Of a stretch of 64,000 bases of DNA, positions 1 to 9,919 are shown piece by piece. The notes beneath the pieces are model-generated. The model was given only the letters and a program-made list of their open reading frames with translations. It did no database searches and was not told the DNA's origin. Every line of letters starts with the position of its first letter. Position 1 is the first letter of the stretch. Both the position numbers and the translations under genes were made by a program. The DNA is from Eubacteriales bacterium (GTDB lineage: Bacteria > Bacillota > Clostridia > Oscillospirales > CAG-272): assembly GCA_045540175.1 (NCBI GenBank), contig JAZQGU010000033.1, forward strand, positions 18,539 through 82,538, written 5' to 3'.

Positions 1-648
1 GTAATAATTCTCGACGAGCCGACCGTCGGTCTCGACCCAAAGCAGATAACAGATATAAGGGAGCTCATAAAGCGTCTCGGTGAAACGAAGACCGTCATTC
101 TTTCAAGCCACATTCTTGCCGAGGTCAGCGCAGTCTGCGACCACGTTATGATAATAAACGGCGGACGCCTTATTGCCTCCGACACGCTTGAAAACATAAG
201 AAAAGAAAACTCCCCCGAAAACCGTTTTTCTCTTTGCGCAAAGGGTGACCGGGCGCAGATATCGGCGCTTCTCAGCCAGTATCCCGACATTCTTTCGGTC
301 AGTATCGAAGATGAGGACGGCATCGTGAGTGCCGACCTCGAGGTAAAGGCCGAATGCGACATCCGTGAGGAGCTTTTCTTCGCGTTTGCCAAGCGCGGTA
401 TCCCGCTTCTCGAATTCAAAAAGGTCACTCCGTCCCTTGAGGAGATCTTCCTTTCCCTCACCTCATCCGCCTACGCCGAGGAGGATTATGAGGAATTCGA
501 ATATGATGAAGACGAATACGATGATGACGATGAATACGGTGAAGACGACGAAGAAGATGATGATAATGACGATGAAGACGATGACGGCGATGACGGCGAT
601 GACGATTACGTTCCGCTCTTCTCGTCACGAAAGGAGGATGACGAATGA
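1..648 (+). CDS. ABC transporter ATP-binding protein (5' partial) with poly-acidic C-terminal tail
   Basis: Frame 1 is open from base 1. It translates VIILDEPTVGLDPKQITDIRELIKRLGETKTVILSSHILAEV, the Walker B / D-loop / H-loop region of ABC ATPases. The last ~55 aa are almost pure Asp/Glu/Tyr. The stop overlaps the next start (ATGA 645-648). Confidence 0.85.
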   Translation, partial: VIILDEPTVGLDPKQITDIRELIKRLGETKTVILSSHILAEVSAVCDHVMIINGGRLIASDTLENIRKENSPENRFSLCAKGDRAQISALLSQYPDILSVSIEDEDGIVSADLEVKAECDIREELFFAFAKRGIPLLEFKKVTPSLEEIFLSLTSSAYAEEDYEEFEYDEDEYDDDDEYGEDDEEDDDNDDEDDDGDDGDDDYVPLFSSRKEDDE

Positions 649-1511
649 TCTCAATATATAAAAAGGAGCTGAAAAGCTACTTCACGAGTCTGACCGGCTA
701 CGTTGCGATCGCTCTCATTCTCGTTCTGAGCGGAATGTTTATAAAGATCGTCGCCTTTGACGCGAAGTACTCCTTTATTCAGAACGTTCTCCCGTCGGCT
801 TCTATAATTCTGCTTCTTGCCGTGCCGATAATCACAATGTCCTCCTTCGCGGGCGAAAAGGCTCAGAAGACAGACAGTCTTCTCTACTCTCTCCCCCTCT
901 CGACCTCGAAGATCGTTATCGGCAAGTATCTTTCGATGCTGACAGTCCTTTCGGTTCCCGTCGGCGTTATCGCGCTCATTCCCCTGATACTGAAAATTTA
1001 CGGCGAGATCGACTATTTCTCGATCTACACCGCGCTTGCGATGTTCTTCCTGCTCATTTGCGCCATGACCGCGATATGTATGTTTATGTCCTCGCTATGT
1101 GAATCGCAGGTGATCGCCGCCGTTCTCGGATCGGGCGCTCTTATCGTCTGCTATTTTGCTTCCCTGCTCACGAGCGTCATTCCCAAGACCGAGGCAGCTT
1201 CCTTTGCGGCATTCTTGGTCCTTGCCGCGCTTATCGGGCTGATATCCTACGGATTTACGAAGAACCTTTACATCGCTCTCGGCGTCGGCGCGGTTCTGAT
1301 GGCTGTCGTTTCTGTCGTTTACATTAACGAAAAAAGCCTTTTCCTCGGTCTCATTCAGCGTTCGGTCAATCTTCTTTCGATCTTCGACCGATTTGCCGAC
1401 GCAGTCAATTCCAAGGTGTTTGATCTGAACACCTCCGTCTACTACGCTTCCGTTTCGGTATTCTTCGCGGTTCTCACCGTGCAAACCGTCGAGAAGCGCA
1501 GATACAGCTAA
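645..1511 (+). CDS. ABC-2 type transporter permease
   Basis: 288 aa with about six hydrophobic spans. Translationally coupled to the upstream ATPase. Family call is from architecture and recall. Confidence 0.75.
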   Translation: MISIYKKELKSYFTSLTGYVAIALILVLSGMFIKIVAFDAKYSFIQNVLPSASIILLLAVPIITMSSFAGEKAQKTDSLLYSLPLSTSKIVIGKYLSMLTVLSVPVGVIALIPLILKIYGEIDYFSIYTALAMFFLLICAMTAICMFMSSLCESQVIAAVLGSGALIVCYFASLLTSVIPKTEAASFAAFLVLAALIGLISYGFTKNLYIALGVGAVLMAVVSVVYINEKSLFLGLIQRSVNLLSIFDRFADAVNSKVFDLNTSVYYASVSVFFAVLTVQTVEKRRYS

Positions 1512-1524
1512 GGAGGGCGGCAAT

Positions 1525-2985
1525 ATGAAAAAGATAAACAATTCCGCCCGTTACGGCAGCTTCAGCCTTATCACGACCGCGATAGTCCTCGTGATACTCA
1601 TACTCGTCAATCTTGCAATCGGCTCGCTTCCCGCGTCCGTTACCTCGATCGCGGGTGAAAAAGCGAACCTTTACAAGATCTCAAAAGCAAGCGTCAATTA
1701 TCTTGAAGACCTCGACGAGAAGATCACGGTTTATATCGTTCAGATCGAGGGCGCAAGCTCCGAGCACGATCTTATGATAAAGAAGTACGTTGAGCGCTAC
1801 GTTGAGCTCAGCGACAAGGTGACTCTCAAATACGTCGACCCCGAAATAAAGCCCGCGTTCCTCTCATCCTATAATAAGGACGGTGCGCTCACAGAGGATC
1901 AGCTCAGCTCGGAATTTACCCATCTCGTCGTTGAAAGCGGAAAAAGAGCGAGAATAATTCCCTATTCCGACATATTCAAGTACGCGCTTTCGGGCGACGA
2001 TCTTAACGCGTTCTATCAGGTCTACGGATATATTCCCTACAGCTACAATATCGAAAACTGTCTGCTCAGCGCTATTGATTACGTCACCCTCGACGTTCTT
2101 CCGACTATCTATTACACGAACACTCACAAGGAAGCGGCCCTTGACGACGGCTTTTCGGCGTTTGCAAAGCTTGAAAACATCGGAATTTCCGCCATCGACC
2201 TCGAAAAAACGGGCAAGGTTCCCGATGACGCGCAGGCGATAATCGTTTACGCCCCCGAGACCGATTTTTCCGCAAAGGAGATCGAGGCGCTCAAGGCGTA
2301 TGCCGACAAGGGCGGAAATATCATTCTTTCTACCGATTATAATATAAACAGCACCGACCGCGTCCTTGACAACCTTTACGGCTTCGCCTCGGAGTATTAC
2401 GGATTGTCTTACCTTGACGTCATCGTCCTCGAGGGCAGTACAACGAATTATTACGGCTACCCGACCTTCATTTTCACCACGATGACCGACAAGGTTCCCT
2501 CCGTCATAAAGACCGGTCAGCAGGGATACGTTCTCTTTACCTACTGCCACGCGATAGGTATAAGCAAGACTCTTCCCGAGGGCGTAACAGTTGACACCCT
2601 TTTCACGACGACCTCAAAGGGCTATGCAAAGACCTCCTACGACAAGGATTTCACCTACGATAAAAAGGACGGCGACCTTGAAGGATCATTCGTTCTCGGT
2701 GCGATCTCTACACGCGGTAACGGCGAAAATGCCTCCCGCCTTTGGTGGTTCTCCTCCACGGATGCCATCAGCACGAGCAGAAACCCCTACGTTGCCGTCT
2801 ACGCTCTGACCGAATCGGTCGACAAGGAGGACAGCGTTTCCGCCGCGTCGATAATAATCACCCACGATCGCCTTGACATCAGCGACAAGGCGGCAACCAT
2901 GTGGAGCTGGATCATCATTGCCGTAATTCCCGGTGCGATCCTCGCTTACGGAATCTATATCAGAGTCAGAAGGGCGAGAAGATAA
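1525..2985 (+). CDS. GldG-like ABC transporter auxiliary component
   Basis: 486 aa. N- and C-terminal TM segments bracket a large soluble domain. AAGGAGG RBS upstream. Gene order ATPase-permease-this gene matches GldG-type systems. Confidence 0.65.
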   Translation: MKKINNSARYGSFSLITTAIVLVILILVNLAIGSLPASVTSIAGEKANLYKISKASVNYLEDLDEKITVYIVQIEGASSEHDLMIKKYVERYVELSDKVTLKYVDPEIKPAFLSSYNKDGALTEDQLSSEFTHLVVESGKRARIIPYSDIFKYALSGDDLNAFYQVYGYIPYSYNIENCLLSAIDYVTLDVLPTIYYTNTHKEAALDDGFSAFAKLENIGISAIDLEKTGKVPDDAQAIIVYAPETDFSAKEIEALKAYADKGGNIILSTDYNINSTDRVLDNLYGFASEYYGLSYLDVIVLEGSTTNYYGYPTFIFTTMTDKVPSVIKTGQQGYVLFTYCHAIGISKTLPEGVTVDTLFTTTSKGYAKTSYDKDFTYDKKDGDLEGSFVLGAISTRGNGENASRLWWFSSTDAISTSRNPYVAVYALTESVDKEDSVSAASIIITHDRLDISDKAATMWSWIIIAVIPGAILAYGIYIRVRRARR

Positions 2986-2986
2986 T

Positions 2987-4000
2987 ATGAAGAAAAGAAG
3001 CGTTGGTTTGGTCGTGCTTCTCTCTCTGCTCGTTATCGTCATAATCTTTTACGCTGTCATTTCGAACGCTATGAAGGATAGCGGAAAGGGCGATTCGGAC
3101 GGCGGAGACGGAGAAAAATTATATATCGACAAGCAGGCTGACGACGTAGTCAAGCTGACCTACCGCACGGGAAGCACGGAATTTACCGTTCAGAAAAGCG
3201 GAAGCATCTACGTTCTTGCCGAGGACGAGGATTTCCCTCTCGATACGACGACGGTAAAATTTATGCTCAACGCCGCCGCCCGGATATCCTATCAGAGAAG
3301 GATAAATCCCGAGGGTAACGATCTGAGCGAATACGGTCTTAACGACCCTGAGGCGGTCATTGATATTTCCTATGACGACGGTGCGCGTCTGACTCTCACA
3401 GTCGGAAATTATAACGCATATTCCGAGGCGTATTACTGCACGACCGGAGACGGATTCGTCTACCTTATCGGCGGTCAGTTCTCGGAGGCGTTCTCCTACA
3501 AGTATGCAGACCTGATTCTGCACGACCGCGTCACCACTCCCCAGTACGGCTTCTCGTCCGTCACCAAGATCGAGATAACGAGCGGAAATAAGCGCGCGTT
3601 CTACGAGCTTGTCGGCGGAGAAGACGGCGTCTGGATGAAAAACGGTGAAAACGGTGAGTTCACTTATGAAGCGATGAATATTTATAATGAGCTTTACAAG
3701 CTGAACCCGAGCGAATGGATCGCCTATAACGTAGAAACAGACGAGGCCTTCGACGGCTTCGGACTCAAAGATCCCGACATTCGCGTCGTATTTACCCACA
3801 CCGAAATCGAACTGATCGAAAACGACGGCTCGTCGCCAGTCGAAAAGACCCACGAGCGTCAGACCGCATTTCTTATCGGTTCCCCCACCGACGAGGGAGA
3901 CGAACACGATATCAAGCGTTATTTCGCCTTCGGCGGCGGAAGCATAATCTATATTATGCACGAATCCGATTTTACAAATACCATGAACGCGGTAAAGTAA
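2987..4000 (+). CDS. DUF4340-like membrane-anchored protein
   Basis: 337 aa from ATG 2987, 1 nt after the upstream stop. The ORF-track start 2933 lies inside the upstream gene. MKKRSVGLVVLLSLLVIVIIFYAV is an N-terminal anchor. Fourth member of the usual ABC/GldG gene set. Confidence 0.6.
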   Translation: MKKRSVGLVVLLSLLVIVIIFYAVISNAMKDSGKGDSDGGDGEKLYIDKQADDVVKLTYRTGSTEFTVQKSGSIYVLAEDEDFPLDTTTVKFMLNAAARISYQRRINPEGNDLSEYGLNDPEAVIDISYDDGARLTLTVGNYNAYSEAYYCTTGDGFVYLIGGQFSEAFSYKYADLILHDRVTTPQYGFSSVTKIEITSGNKRAFYELVGGEDGVWMKNGENGEFTYEAMNIYNELYKLNPSEWIAYNVETDEAFDGFGLKDPDIRVVFTHTEIELIENDGSSPVEKTHERQTAFLIGSPTDEGDEHDIKRYFAFGGGSIIYIMHESDFTNTMNAVK

Positions 4001-4012
4001 GTATATAAAGCT

Positions 4013-4049
4013 AAAACTGCCCGAGCGAAATTCCGCTCGGGCAGTTTTT
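4013..4049. terminator. Bidirectional intrinsic terminator between convergent genes
   Basis: AAAA-CTGCCCGAGCG-aaattc-CGCTCGGGCAG-TTTTT. Confidence 0.85.
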
Positions 4050-4055
4050 ATTCAG

Positions 4056-5075
4056 TTATTTAACTCCGAACTCGAACGCCGTTTCGGTGAAATACGGATG
4101 CTCGGGGTCTATATAGCACTGCGGCATATAAGGACGGTTCGGGGTGTTCGGGCTGAACTGCGTTTCAAGGCAGAAGGCGTGGAGGGGTCTTTGCGGAACT
4201 CCGCCCTTGAAGAGCGTCGGACCGTTCATAAATTCCGCCGTGTAGAGCTGAACCGCGGGAAGATCCGTGTATACCTTCATGGTTCTTCCGCTTTCGGGGT
4301 CGCAGGCTTCCGCCGCAAGGCGCATCTTTCCGATCTCGCCCTTAAGCTGGAAGGAATGATCGTAGGGCTGAGCGATCTTTCTCATGGTTCTGAAATCGAA
4401 AGCCGTTCCGCTCACCTCCGTCGGGTAGCCGAGGGGAATGAGCTTGTCGTCGAGATCGTCGTAGGTATCGGCGTTTATCATAAGCTCCTGGTCCATTACC
4501 GAGCCGCCGTCGTAGCCGTTAAGGTTGAAATAAGCGTGGTTCGTCATATTGAGGACGGTCTTCATATCGGTCTCCGCCTCGTAGCGGATAGAAAGGACGT
4601 TATCGTCGTCCCAGGTATACGTAACCTTTACGTTAAGGTTTCCGGGATAACCCTCGTCGAGATGGGGCGAGAAGAGGGTGAGAATTACGCTGTCGCTGTC
4701 TTCGTTTTCGACAGCCTCGCTCTCCCAGACTCGGCGGTTGAAGCCCGCAAGTCCGCCGTGGAGGTGCCAGCGTCCGACCTCGTTATTATTTATCTTATAG
4801 AAGGTTCCGTCGATCTCAAAGCCGCCGCCTGCGATTCGGTTGCCGTAGCGTCCGATAAGCGCGCCGGTATGGGAGCCGCGGTCGTCGAAATAATCCTTTA
4901 CGGTGTCAAATCCGCAGACAACGTCGGCAAGTACTCCGTTCTTATCGGGAACCTTGACGCTCTGAAGGATTCCGCCCCAGGTTATAACCGTTGCGGACGC
5001 ACCGTTTTTGTTTGTCATTGTGTAAGAGTAGATGTCTTTTCCGACAAAGCGGTCGAAAACGCTTTTTGTAATCAT
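4056..5075 (-). CDS. galM: Aldose 1-epimerase (galactose mutarotase)
   Basis: 339 aa from ATG 5075, preceded by AGGAGG. Motifs HLHGG, TNHAYFNL and FCLETQ are typical of mutarotases. The ORF-track N-terminal extension to 5426 runs through a repeat element. Confidence 0.85.
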   Translation of the reverse strand: MITKSVFDRFVGKDIYSYTMTNKNGASATVITWGGILQSVKVPDKNGVLADVVCGFDTVKDYFDDRGSHTGALIGRYGNRIAGGGFEIDGTFYKINNNEVGRWHLHGGLAGFNRRVWESEAVENEDSDSVILTLFSPHLDEGYPGNLNVKVTYTWDDDNVLSIRYEAETDMKTVLNMTNHAYFNLNGYDGGSVMDQELMINADTYDDLDDKLIPLGYPTEVSGTAFDFRTMRKIAQPYDHSFQLKGEIGKMRLAAEACDPESGRTMKVYTDLPAVQLYTAEFMNGPTLFKGGVPQRPLHAFCLETQFSPNTPNRPYMPQCYIDPEHPYFTETAFEFGVK

Positions 5076-5094
5076 AAATTCCTCCTGAAGGTTA

Positions 5095-5375
5095 TTTTTT
5101 CGCATTTCTTTGTTCGTACAAAGAAACGCTCGCAAAGAAATACGCCAAGGAGACAACCGGCAAAATTGCGCGAGCGAATTTTGCACGTTTTCTCCTTTGG
5201 AAACCTCTTTCGATTTGCGCGAAAAACTTAAAAGTTTTGCGTAAAACCGACGAGCGAATGCGAGGCGTGAAGTTTCTTTTGAAGATTCCAGAAGAAACTT
5301 TTCTTTGCGCTCAAAGAAAAGTTTCTTTGGTGCCGTTCTTTGGTCACCTTTCTTGGGCAAGCAAGAAAGGTGAGA
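5095..5375. repeat. AT-rich nested-hairpin mosaic element, copy A
   Basis: Shares modules with 38641-38778 and 56350-56670. The modules are CGCATTTCTTTG..CAAAGAAA, CCAAGGAGACAACCG-[inner palindrome]-CGTTTTCTCCTTTGG, and TCACCTTTCTTGGGCAAGCAAGAAAGGTGA. Confidence 0.85.
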
Positions 5376-5492
5376 AAAGGATATTACGTTAAAATTATAT
5401 CTCAATAAACGAAAAAAGTCAATCACACATTAAAAATCCCCTTAAAAATCACGAAAAAACGTTACTTCTTTTCCAAAATGTCAAAAAACCTA

Positions 5493-5521
5493 TTGCAAAA
5501 TTGAAAAAAATAAGGTACAAT
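5493..5521 (+). promoter_or_regulatory. Sigma-A type promoter for efp
   Basis: TTGCAA-17 nt-TACAAT, about 45 nt upstream of efp. Confidence 0.55.
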
Positions 5522-5566
5522 AGTATTCGTGAAAATAATGTATATTCATTTGGAGGAATAATATTT

Positions 5567-6124
5567 ATGGTTACAGCCGGAGATTTCAGAAACGGTCTTA
5601 CCTTCGACATGGACGGAAACGTAATGCAGGTAGTTGAATTCCAGCACGTTAAGCCCGGAAAAGGCGCCGCTTTCGTCCGCACCAAGATCAAGAACGTAAT
5701 TACAGGCTCGGTTATTGAGAGAACCTTCTCCCCTACCGATAAGTTCGAGAACGCCTACATCGAAAGAAAGGAAATGGAATACCTTTACAGCGATGGCGAG
5801 CTCTACTACTTCATGGATACCGAGACCTACGAGCAGACTCCCCTTGAGGCGTCCAAGCTCGACGATAACTTCCGCTTCGTTAAGGAAAATATGACTTGTA
5901 AGATCCTTTCCTACAAGGGCAACGTATTCTCCGTTGAGCCTCCCACGTTCGTTGAGCTCGAGGTTACCGACACCGAGCCCGGATTCAAGGGAGATACCGC
6001 TACAGGTACCACCAAGCCCGCTACTCTTGAGACCGGTGCTACTGTTAAGGTTCCGCTCTTCATCGACATCGGAGACGTTCTTAAGATCGATACCCGTACG
6101 GGCGAATACATCGAGCGCGCATAA
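5567..6124 (+). CDS. efp: Elongation factor P
   Basis: 185 aa with [21 protein letters not shown]...[17 protein letters not shown] is the EF-P signature with the KPGKG loop. Confidence 0.95.
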   Translation: MVTAGDFRNGLTFDMDGNVMQVVEFQHVKPGKGAAFVRTKIKNVITGSVIERTFSPTDKFENAYIERKEMEYLYSDGELYYFMDTETYEQTPLEASKLDDNFRFVKENMTCKILSYKGNVFSVEPPTFVELEVTDTEPGFKGDTATGTTKPATLETGATVKVPLFIDIGDVLKIDTRTGEYIERA

Positions 6125-6133
6125 TATCAGCCC

Positions 6134-6165
6134 AAAACGCCGATGGGAGCTCCTGTCGGCGTTTT
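6134..6165 (+). terminator. Intrinsic terminator after efp
   Basis: AAAACGCCGA-tgggagctcctg-TCGGCGTTTT. Confidence 0.7.
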
Positions 6166-6195
6166 CCATTAATTATCAATACGGAGGAAATTATA

Positions 6196-6540
6196 ATGAG
6201 CATCACCGAAAAGACCGCATATCTTAAGGGCCTTCTCGAAGGCATGAATATCGACGAGAGCAAGCCCGAGGGCAAGCTTCTCAAGGCCGTTGTCGAAACT
6301 CTCGACGAAATGGCAAACGAGGTCGCTGACCTTTACGACACCGCAGAGTATCTTGAGGACTATATCGACGAAGTCGACCACGATCTCGGAGACCTCGAGA
6401 CCGAGTACTACGACCTCTACGACGAGGACGAGGACGAGGACGACGACTACTGCTTCTGCGACGACTGCGACGAAGAGGACTGCACCGACTGCATCCTTTG
6501 CGACGAGGACGATGACGACGAGGATGAGGACGAGGAATAA
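6196..6540 (+). CDS. Small acidic protein with Cys-rich poly-Asp/Glu tail
   Basis: 114 aa with GGAGGAAA RBS. A helical N-terminal half (MSITEKTAYLKGLLEGM...) is followed by DDYCFCDDCDEEDCTDCILCDEDDDDEDEDEE. Confidence 0.6.
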   Translation: MSITEKTAYLKGLLEGMNIDESKPEGKLLKAVVETLDEMANEVADLYDTAEYLEDYIDEVDHDLGDLETEYYDLYDEDEDEDDDYCFCDDCDEEDCTDCILCDEDDDDEDEDEE

Positions 6541-6564
6541 TCTCTTCCCTTGACATAACGCGTT

Positions 6565-6607
6565 GCCCCTTTCCGACCAATTATATAATCGGTAAGGGGC
6601 TGTTTTT
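6565..6607 (+). terminator. Intrinsic terminator
   Basis: GCCCCTT...AAGGGGC stem with inner CCGA/TCGG pairing, followed by TGTTTTT. Confidence 0.6.
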
Positions 6608-6634
6608 ATAACTTATATTACCAGGAGATAATTT

Positions 6635-8209
6635 ATGAAAAGACTCTTTGCCGCGCTTCTCGCGTGCCTTATGATCCTGCCGATCCTCGCTTCCTGCGAT
6701 AGCAAGAAGGAAGACGGCGGCAGCAAAACACCAGAGCCCGCAGATTCCTCCATCGTAATGTGGACGGGACACGGCTTTGATAAAATCCGCACCGAAATGA
6801 AAGCCCCCGAAGATCCTCAGACCGAATACACCGTTTCTCTTGCCAAAAACGAGAGTGAGGGCGCACATGTTGCTATCCGTGCAACCGAAGACACAAAGCC
6901 CATGAAGTTCCAGATGCTTTCGGGCGAAAACGAGCACATCACAGTTAACGTCTATCACATCATGGAGATCCTCAAGCGCGCCCGCAAGCAGTGGACTGAC
7001 CCCGCAGCTCCCCTCGGCGCAGGCAAGCGTTTCCAGATCAAAAAGGACGAAACGATGGCGATCTTCGTTGACTTTACAACGACTGCCGATACCCCCGCAG
7101 GCGATTACGAATACGAATTCGGACTCACCGATTCCAAAAACAACGTTATCAGCAAGGTAAAGATCACCGTTCACGTATGGAACTTTGCAATGCCCGAAGG
7201 ACATAAGTTCGAGAGCGCTGTCGGAAACTGGACGGGTGTAGAGCACTACGAAATGCTCCTTGAGCACAATCTCAGCGGTTACGACCTTCCTTACGATATC
7301 CTCAGCTCGGCGGCAGACGCTTATATGTCCGACCCGCGAGTTACTTCCTTCAGAATTCCTTTCTGGAAGGGCAGCACTCCCGACTACCTGCTTCAGAAGT
7401 ATTACGAAAAGCTTAAGTCCAACCCCGTTTGGCTCGATAAGGCATATTTCTATCCTCTCGACGAACCGTCGACCGCCGAGGACATTGCAGACCTCGAAAA
7501 ATATTGCGCGAAGCTGCGTGAGCTTTTCCCCGATGTAAAGATAACTGTTCCTTACTACAAGGATCTGCAGATAACTCCCGATCTTGACCAGATCGACCTT
7601 ATGGATAGATATATTGACCTCCATTGCCCGAAGCTCGCACTCTGGGATGAGGATCAGATCTATGACGCTAACCAGATGACGAAATACCCCTCCTTCGACG
7701 AGAGAATGAAAGCTCTCCAGGACAAGGGCGAGACCGTCTGGGCATACGTTTGTAACTATCCTCTCGCTCCCTACCTTAACGTAAAGGTAGACGACGAGGG
7801 CATCGTCAGCCGAGTTCTCTTCTGGCAGTTCTATCAAAGAGACATTGAAGGCTTCCTCTACTGGCACTCCTCCTATTATTCATCGCTTCCCAGCGACGGA
7901 GACCCGTGGGAAAGCGTTGATACCTTCGGTAACGGAATCTTCGGCGACGGTATTCTTATCTACACCGGCAAGGGCGCCGGACTCCCGAACGAAACGCCCG
8001 TCGGTTCTATCCGTCTTAAGATAATCCGTGACGGTATTGATGATATCGAGCTTCTCTATATGGCAGAAGAACTCTTCGGCAAGGATTGGGTAGACGAAAG
8101 AGCAAACAGTGTTTCCAAGTCTCTTACTTCCGTTGACGTAACGAGCGATCAGCTCGCAGCACTCCGCATTGAAATTGCTGAGGCTGTCGAAGCAGAGCTT
8201 AACAAATAA
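6635..8209 (+). CDS. DUF4091 / GH123-like glycoside hydrolase family lipoprotein, paralog 1
   Basis: 524 aa. Lipoprotein signal MKRLFAALLACLMILPILASC. Conserved blocks are YPLDEP, WAYVCNYPLAPYLN, GFLYW, GDGILIY and IRLKIIRDGIDDIE. Family assignment is by recall. Confidence 0.75.
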   Translation: MKRLFAALLACLMILPILASCDSKKEDGGSKTPEPADSSIVMWTGHGFDKIRTEMKAPEDPQTEYTVSLAKNESEGAHVAIRATEDTKPMKFQMLSGENEHITVNVYHIMEILKRARKQWTDPAAPLGAGKRFQIKKDETMAIFVDFTTTADTPAGDYEYEFGLTDSKNNVISKVKITVHVWNFAMPEGHKFESAVGNWTGVEHYEMLLEHNLSGYDLPYDILSSAADAYMSDPRVTSFRIPFWKGSTPDYLLQKYYEKLKSNPVWLDKAYFYPLDEPSTAEDIADLEKYCAKLRELFPDVKITVPYYKDLQITPDLDQIDLMDRYIDLHCPKLALWDEDQIYDANQMTKYPSFDERMKALQDKGETVWAYVCNYPLAPYLNVKVDDEGIVSRVLFWQFYQRDIEGFLYWHSSYYSSLPSDGDPWESVDTFGNGIFGDGILIYTGKGAGLPNETPVGSIRLKIIRDGIDDIELLYMAEELFGKDWVDERANSVSKSLTSVDVTSDQLAALRIEIAEAVEAELNK

Positions 8210-8216
8210 TTAAACA

Positions 8217-8257
8217 CCCGGCCGATCTGACATTATCCGATCGGTCGGGAATATTTT
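8217..8257 (+). terminator. Weak terminator-like hairpin
   Basis: CCCGGCCGATC...GATCGGTCGGG stem (one G-T pair) followed by AATATTTTT. Confidence 0.4.
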
Positions 8258-8434
8258 TGCCGTCGTCGGCTTCGGTTTCCGATATCGTTGCCGCATAATT
8301 GAATCCGCTGTTTCAAATTGCAAAATAATTTGATTTGCAATGTTTTTTCGGGTTTTTTAGCCCTTGCATTTATTATCGAATTGCGATATCATATAGAAAA
8401 GCCTTATAATAAGGACAAGAAAGGCGGAAAAGCA

Positions 8435-9904
8435 ATGCAAAAAAACATACAGATAACCTCGTGGATCGGCCACGGATTCGACAGACTGCGCGCCGACACG
8501 AAGCCTCCGAAGGATCCCAAGTCAGAATATACCATTTATCTGGCAAAGGGCGAGACCGAGGGCTGTCATATCGGTATTTATACCGAAAACGACGTTGAAA
8601 AGCTCCGTTTTGAGCTTATTTCAGGCAAAAATGAGCATATAAAATTCGCAAGCTATCACGTTGTGCCGATATTGGAGCTCGACGGAAAAACATATACCGA
8701 CCCCGCAGTTCCGTTCGACGGCGAGGATTTTTCCCTTGAAGGAGCCAAGACCTTTGCCCTGCTCCTTGAATTTACGACCGACGAAAGCACCCCGGCGGGT
8801 GATTATCTATATGAATTCGGCATTACCGATCCTTCGGGCGCCGTTATTTCAAAGAAGTCGATCACGGTTCACGTCTGGAACTTCGCAATGCCGAAGGAGA
8901 AAAATTTCCAGCGCACCGTTAACGTCGGAATTACTGTAAATCCCGGAATGGATAATTTCAAAATGCTCCTCGAGCACAATATGAATACCAGATTCCTCCC
9001 CGTCAGCATTATGTCTGACGAGGCAGACGAATATTTGTCCGATCCGAGGATCACCTGTTTTTTGATTCCGAGAGGCATAAGCGATGAGGGGCTTACCGCC
9101 ATTTATGAAAAGCTCAAATCAAACCCCAAGTGGATCAAAAAGGCGTTTTTCTATCCCATCGACGAGCCGCGCACGGTTCAGATGGTCAAGGATCTTGAAG
9201 AAATGCACAAGCGTCTGAAAGCGCTTTGCCCCGAAATAATGATACTCTCCCCATATTACACCAACGTGCAGATGGACGAAGCGACCGACCAGATCGCGTA
9301 TATGTCCTCCTTTATGACCGCGCACTGTCCCAAGCTTGCAAACTGGGATGATGATCAGATATACACCGAGGGTCAAAGAGAAAAATTCGGCCCCGCGGCA
9401 AGCAGAATGAAGGCTCTGAAGGAAAGAGGAGATACCGTCTGGGCGTACGTCTGCAACTACCCTCTCGCTCCTTACCTTAATATAAAGGTAGACGACGAGG
9501 GCATCGGAAGCCGCGTTCTCTTCTGGCAGATGTATCAGAGAAATATCGACGGATTCCTCTACTGGAACGCCGCTTATTACGAAAGACTGCCCGAAAAGAG
9601 CCCCTGGAACAGCGTTGACACCTTCGGCAACGGTATTTACGGAGACGGAATTCTCCTTTACCCCGGAGACAAGGTTGGTGTTTCGGGTCCGATCGCGTCC
9701 ATTCGTCTTAAGATCATGAGAGACGGTCTTGACGATATTGAGTTGTTTTATCTTGCCGAGCGTCTGCTCGGAAAAGAGTGGATCGACGAAAGAGTCAACA
9801 AAGCTTCTTCCTCCCTCACCTCCGTTGACGTAACAAGCGACGAGCTTTACTGCATCCGCATTGAAATTGGAGATGCCGTTGAAAAAAAGCTGAACGGTAA
9901 TTGA
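8435..9904 (+). CDS. DUF4091 / GH123-like protein, paralog 2 (no signal peptide)
   Basis: 489 aa from ATG 8435 (MQKNIQITSWIGHGFD). It aligns with the mature parts of paralogs 1 and 3 and has the same YPIDEP / WAYVCNYPLAPYLN blocks. Own promoter-like TTGCAT-17-TATCAT upstream. Confidence 0.75.
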   Translation: MQKNIQITSWIGHGFDRLRADTKPPKDPKSEYTIYLAKGETEGCHIGIYTENDVEKLRFELISGKNEHIKFASYHVVPILELDGKTYTDPAVPFDGEDFSLEGAKTFALLLEFTTDESTPAGDYLYEFGITDPSGAVISKKSITVHVWNFAMPKEKNFQRTVNVGITVNPGMDNFKMLLEHNMNTRFLPVSIMSDEADEYLSDPRITCFLIPRGISDEGLTAIYEKLKSNPKWIKKAFFYPIDEPRTVQMVKDLEEMHKRLKALCPEIMILSPYYTNVQMDEATDQIAYMSSFMTAHCPKLANWDDDQIYTEGQREKFGPAASRMKALKERGDTVWAYVCNYPLAPYLNIKVDDEGIGSRVLFWQMYQRNIDGFLYWNAAYYERLPEKSPWNSVDTFGNGIYGDGILLYPGDKVGVSGPIASIRLKIMRDGLDDIELFYLAERLLGKEWIDERVNKASSSLTSVDVTSDELYCIRIEIGDAVEKKLNGN

Positions 9905-9919
9905 AATTTGGTGAATGAT

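Noticed and set aside
4056-5426. Longer N-terminal versions of ORF-track genes: galM to 5426, efp from 5501, rpsL from 51785, rpsG from 52400, ribU from 56794, darA from 59485, ferredoxin from 62497, ricT from 61118 and paralog 2 from 8318
   Set aside because: The internal starts have canonical RBSs at correct spacing and give N-termini matching the conserved families. The extensions run through repeats, promoters or the riboswitch.
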